Positions 55,171 through 56,447 of a stretch of DNA of 56,447 nt are shown piece by piece (position 1 is the first letter of the stretch; each line of letters begins with the position of its first letter). The stretch covers positions 1-56,447 of the forward strand of contig PLCF01000090.1 of the NCBI GenBank assembly GCA_003135555.1, read 5' to 3'. Origin of the DNA: Vulcanimicrobiota bacterium. GTDB lineage: Bacteria; Vulcanimicrobiota; Vulcanimicrobiia; Vulcanimicrobiales; Vulcanimicrobiaceae. Below the pieces are notes generated by a model. The model did not search any database. It was not told the DNA's origin and saw nothing but the letters and a program-made list of their open reading frames with translations. A program made the translations under genes and the position numbers.

Positions 55171-55905
55171 ATGCTTGTGGTGAAAAACGCGACCGCCGGC
55201 TTTCGCGGTCGTCTCCTGTTGGCGTGGGTCGTCGTTCTCTCCGCGATCGTGGTGGCGCTTGTCACCGCCGATGTCGTGGTGCTCTCGCGCGGCGTAGACA
55301 CGCTTCGTGCACGCAGTGTCGCTATCGTCGACCCCGATGGCACGGTACGGATGCTGATGGCGAACAGCGACCGCTATCCACCCCCTCTCTTCCATGGCCG
55401 CGTCGTGGCTCCGCGCGTCGGTAATCAGCCGGGACTCGTCTTCTACAACGCCGATGGGACCGAGCAAGGGGCGCTGCGGTGGACGTCGCGCCGCGACCCG
55501 AAATCGACCTCGCAGTTCGCGGCGCTGTCGTTCGACCAATTCGAGCAGAACGACCAGCTCATTATCGCCGCTTCGGACAACAATCACGAGCGACACGCGG
55601 GCGTGGAGGGAGTGGAATACGTCGACGATCGCTCGCTGCCGGCGTTGATACAGGAGCTGAATCGCACGATGGCAGCCGCGCCGAACGCGGCGGCACGAGC
55701 AAAGGCGAAGGAGCGTTACGTGCGCGACCATTTCCACGGAGCGCGGCGGTTCTACATCGGATACGACCTGGACGCGTCCACGATCGAGCTCGGCGATCGG
55801 TCGGGGCATGCTCGGCTCCGGCTGGGCGTGGCGGGCAGCGGGGCCGCGGTGGTTCAGTTCCTCGACGCCCATGGGCGCATTACGCGCGAGATACGCGGGC
55901 AGTGA
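55171..55905 (+). CDS. hypothetical membrane-anchored protein
   Basis: N-terminal TM then beta-rich IVDPDG..R.., FLDAHG segments. Confidence 0.6.
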   Translation: MLVVKNATAGFRGRLLLAWVVVLSAIVVALVTADVVVLSRGVDTLRARSVAIVDPDGTVRMLMANSDRYPPPLFHGRVVAPRVGNQPGLVFYNADGTEQGALRWTSRRDPKSTSQFAALSFDQFEQNDQLIIAASDNNHERHAGVEGVEYVDDRSLPALIQELNRTMAAAPNAAARAKAKERYVRDHFHGARRFYIGYDLDASTIELGDRSGHARLRLGVAGSGAAVVQFLDAHGRITREIRGQ

Positions 55906-55908
55906 GCG

Positions 55909-56322
55909 GTGACCGCACGGTTCGTGGCCGCGATCTGGGTGGTCGCATCGATCGTGTCGGCGGCGAACGCTGCGGCGTGTCCGGCGACAGGTAGCCGCGT
56001 GGCGGCTACCTGCGATCCGCGTACCGGCGCGGTTTCGGCGGCGCGCTGCGCCGGCGCTGCACAGCAGACGGAACAGTGCGCCGATCGCAGCGCCGGCGTC
56101 GTGCACGCGCTCTACCTCGCGCGCACCGGAGCGGAATGGGCCGCGGCCGGAATCGCCGCCGGCCGGCGTAGCGCGCGCGGACGGAAGTGGCTCGCGCACG
56201 CGCTCGTGCTCGACGAACGCGTCCAGGACGATCCGCTCGCCCCGCGCGACCTGCGCGGACTCGCCAAGCGCAACGAAGACAGCGCGAGGAGCGCGCTCTT
56301 CGGCGCGCGCAACGAGCGCTAA
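55909..56322 (+). CDS. hypothetical secreted Cys-containing protein
   Basis: Signal peptide, four Cys, follows the previous gene after 3 nt. Confidence 0.5.
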   Translation: MTARFVAAIWVVASIVSAANAAACPATGSRVAATCDPRTGAVSAARCAGAAQQTEQCADRSAGVVHALYLARTGAEWAAAGIAAGRRSARGRKWLAHALVLDERVQDDPLAPRDLRGLAKRNEDSARSALFGARNER

Positions 56323-56447
56323 CTCCGGGCCAGGATGTCCAAGGCGCGGTTCATCCCGGCGTTGACCGGACCGTCATCGGCGCGGCGGTCGTTGACCAGG
56401 ATCGCGAACGCGACGCGGCCGTGCCGGCGCGTCTGCACGTACCCGGT
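56319..56447 (-). CDS. dacB: C-terminus of D-alanyl-D-alanine carboxypeptidase (peptidase S13), partial
   Basis: Manual translation TGYVQTRRHGRVAFAILVNDRRADDGPVNAGMNRALDILARS* resembles the S13 C-terminal GYV..GR..FSILVN. Confidence 0.6.
   Translation of the reverse strand, partial: TGYVQTRRHGRVAFAILVNDRRADDGPVNAGMNRALDILARS

Overview
High-GC bacterial chromosomal window of about 55 genes. The gene content suggests a soil or acidophile lineage such as Eremiobacterota (inference). The housekeeping backbone includes queE, futalosine-pathway mqnB/mqnD, namZ, glcDE, pepP, a PadR-led beta-oxidation operon, trxB, an nfeD-flotillin-pspA operon, an ABC-2 transporter, malic enzyme, an adenylate cyclase and the end of dacB. 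Small accessory inserts interrupt it: an Abi-like HEPN gene, an XRE-TM regulator with two orphans, a 9x126-bp TPR array, glycan-modifying genes, a nucleoside-phosphorylase-like gene and a serine hydrolase. The main pattern is that several inserts sit at the 3' end of a resident gene and are followed by a second copy of that gene's tail. The pspA-like tail is duplicated over 397 bp (~97% by manual count), the cyclase tail over ~100 bp (~80%), and the MBL-hydrolase tail core AGCCCACAACC occurs three times beside integrase-arm-like short repeats. No integrase or transposase is visible. Three genes seem to lack canonical starts (GTC, ACG, CTG), including an nfeD-like gene missing from the ORF track. 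No rRNA, tRNA or CRISPR array was seen.
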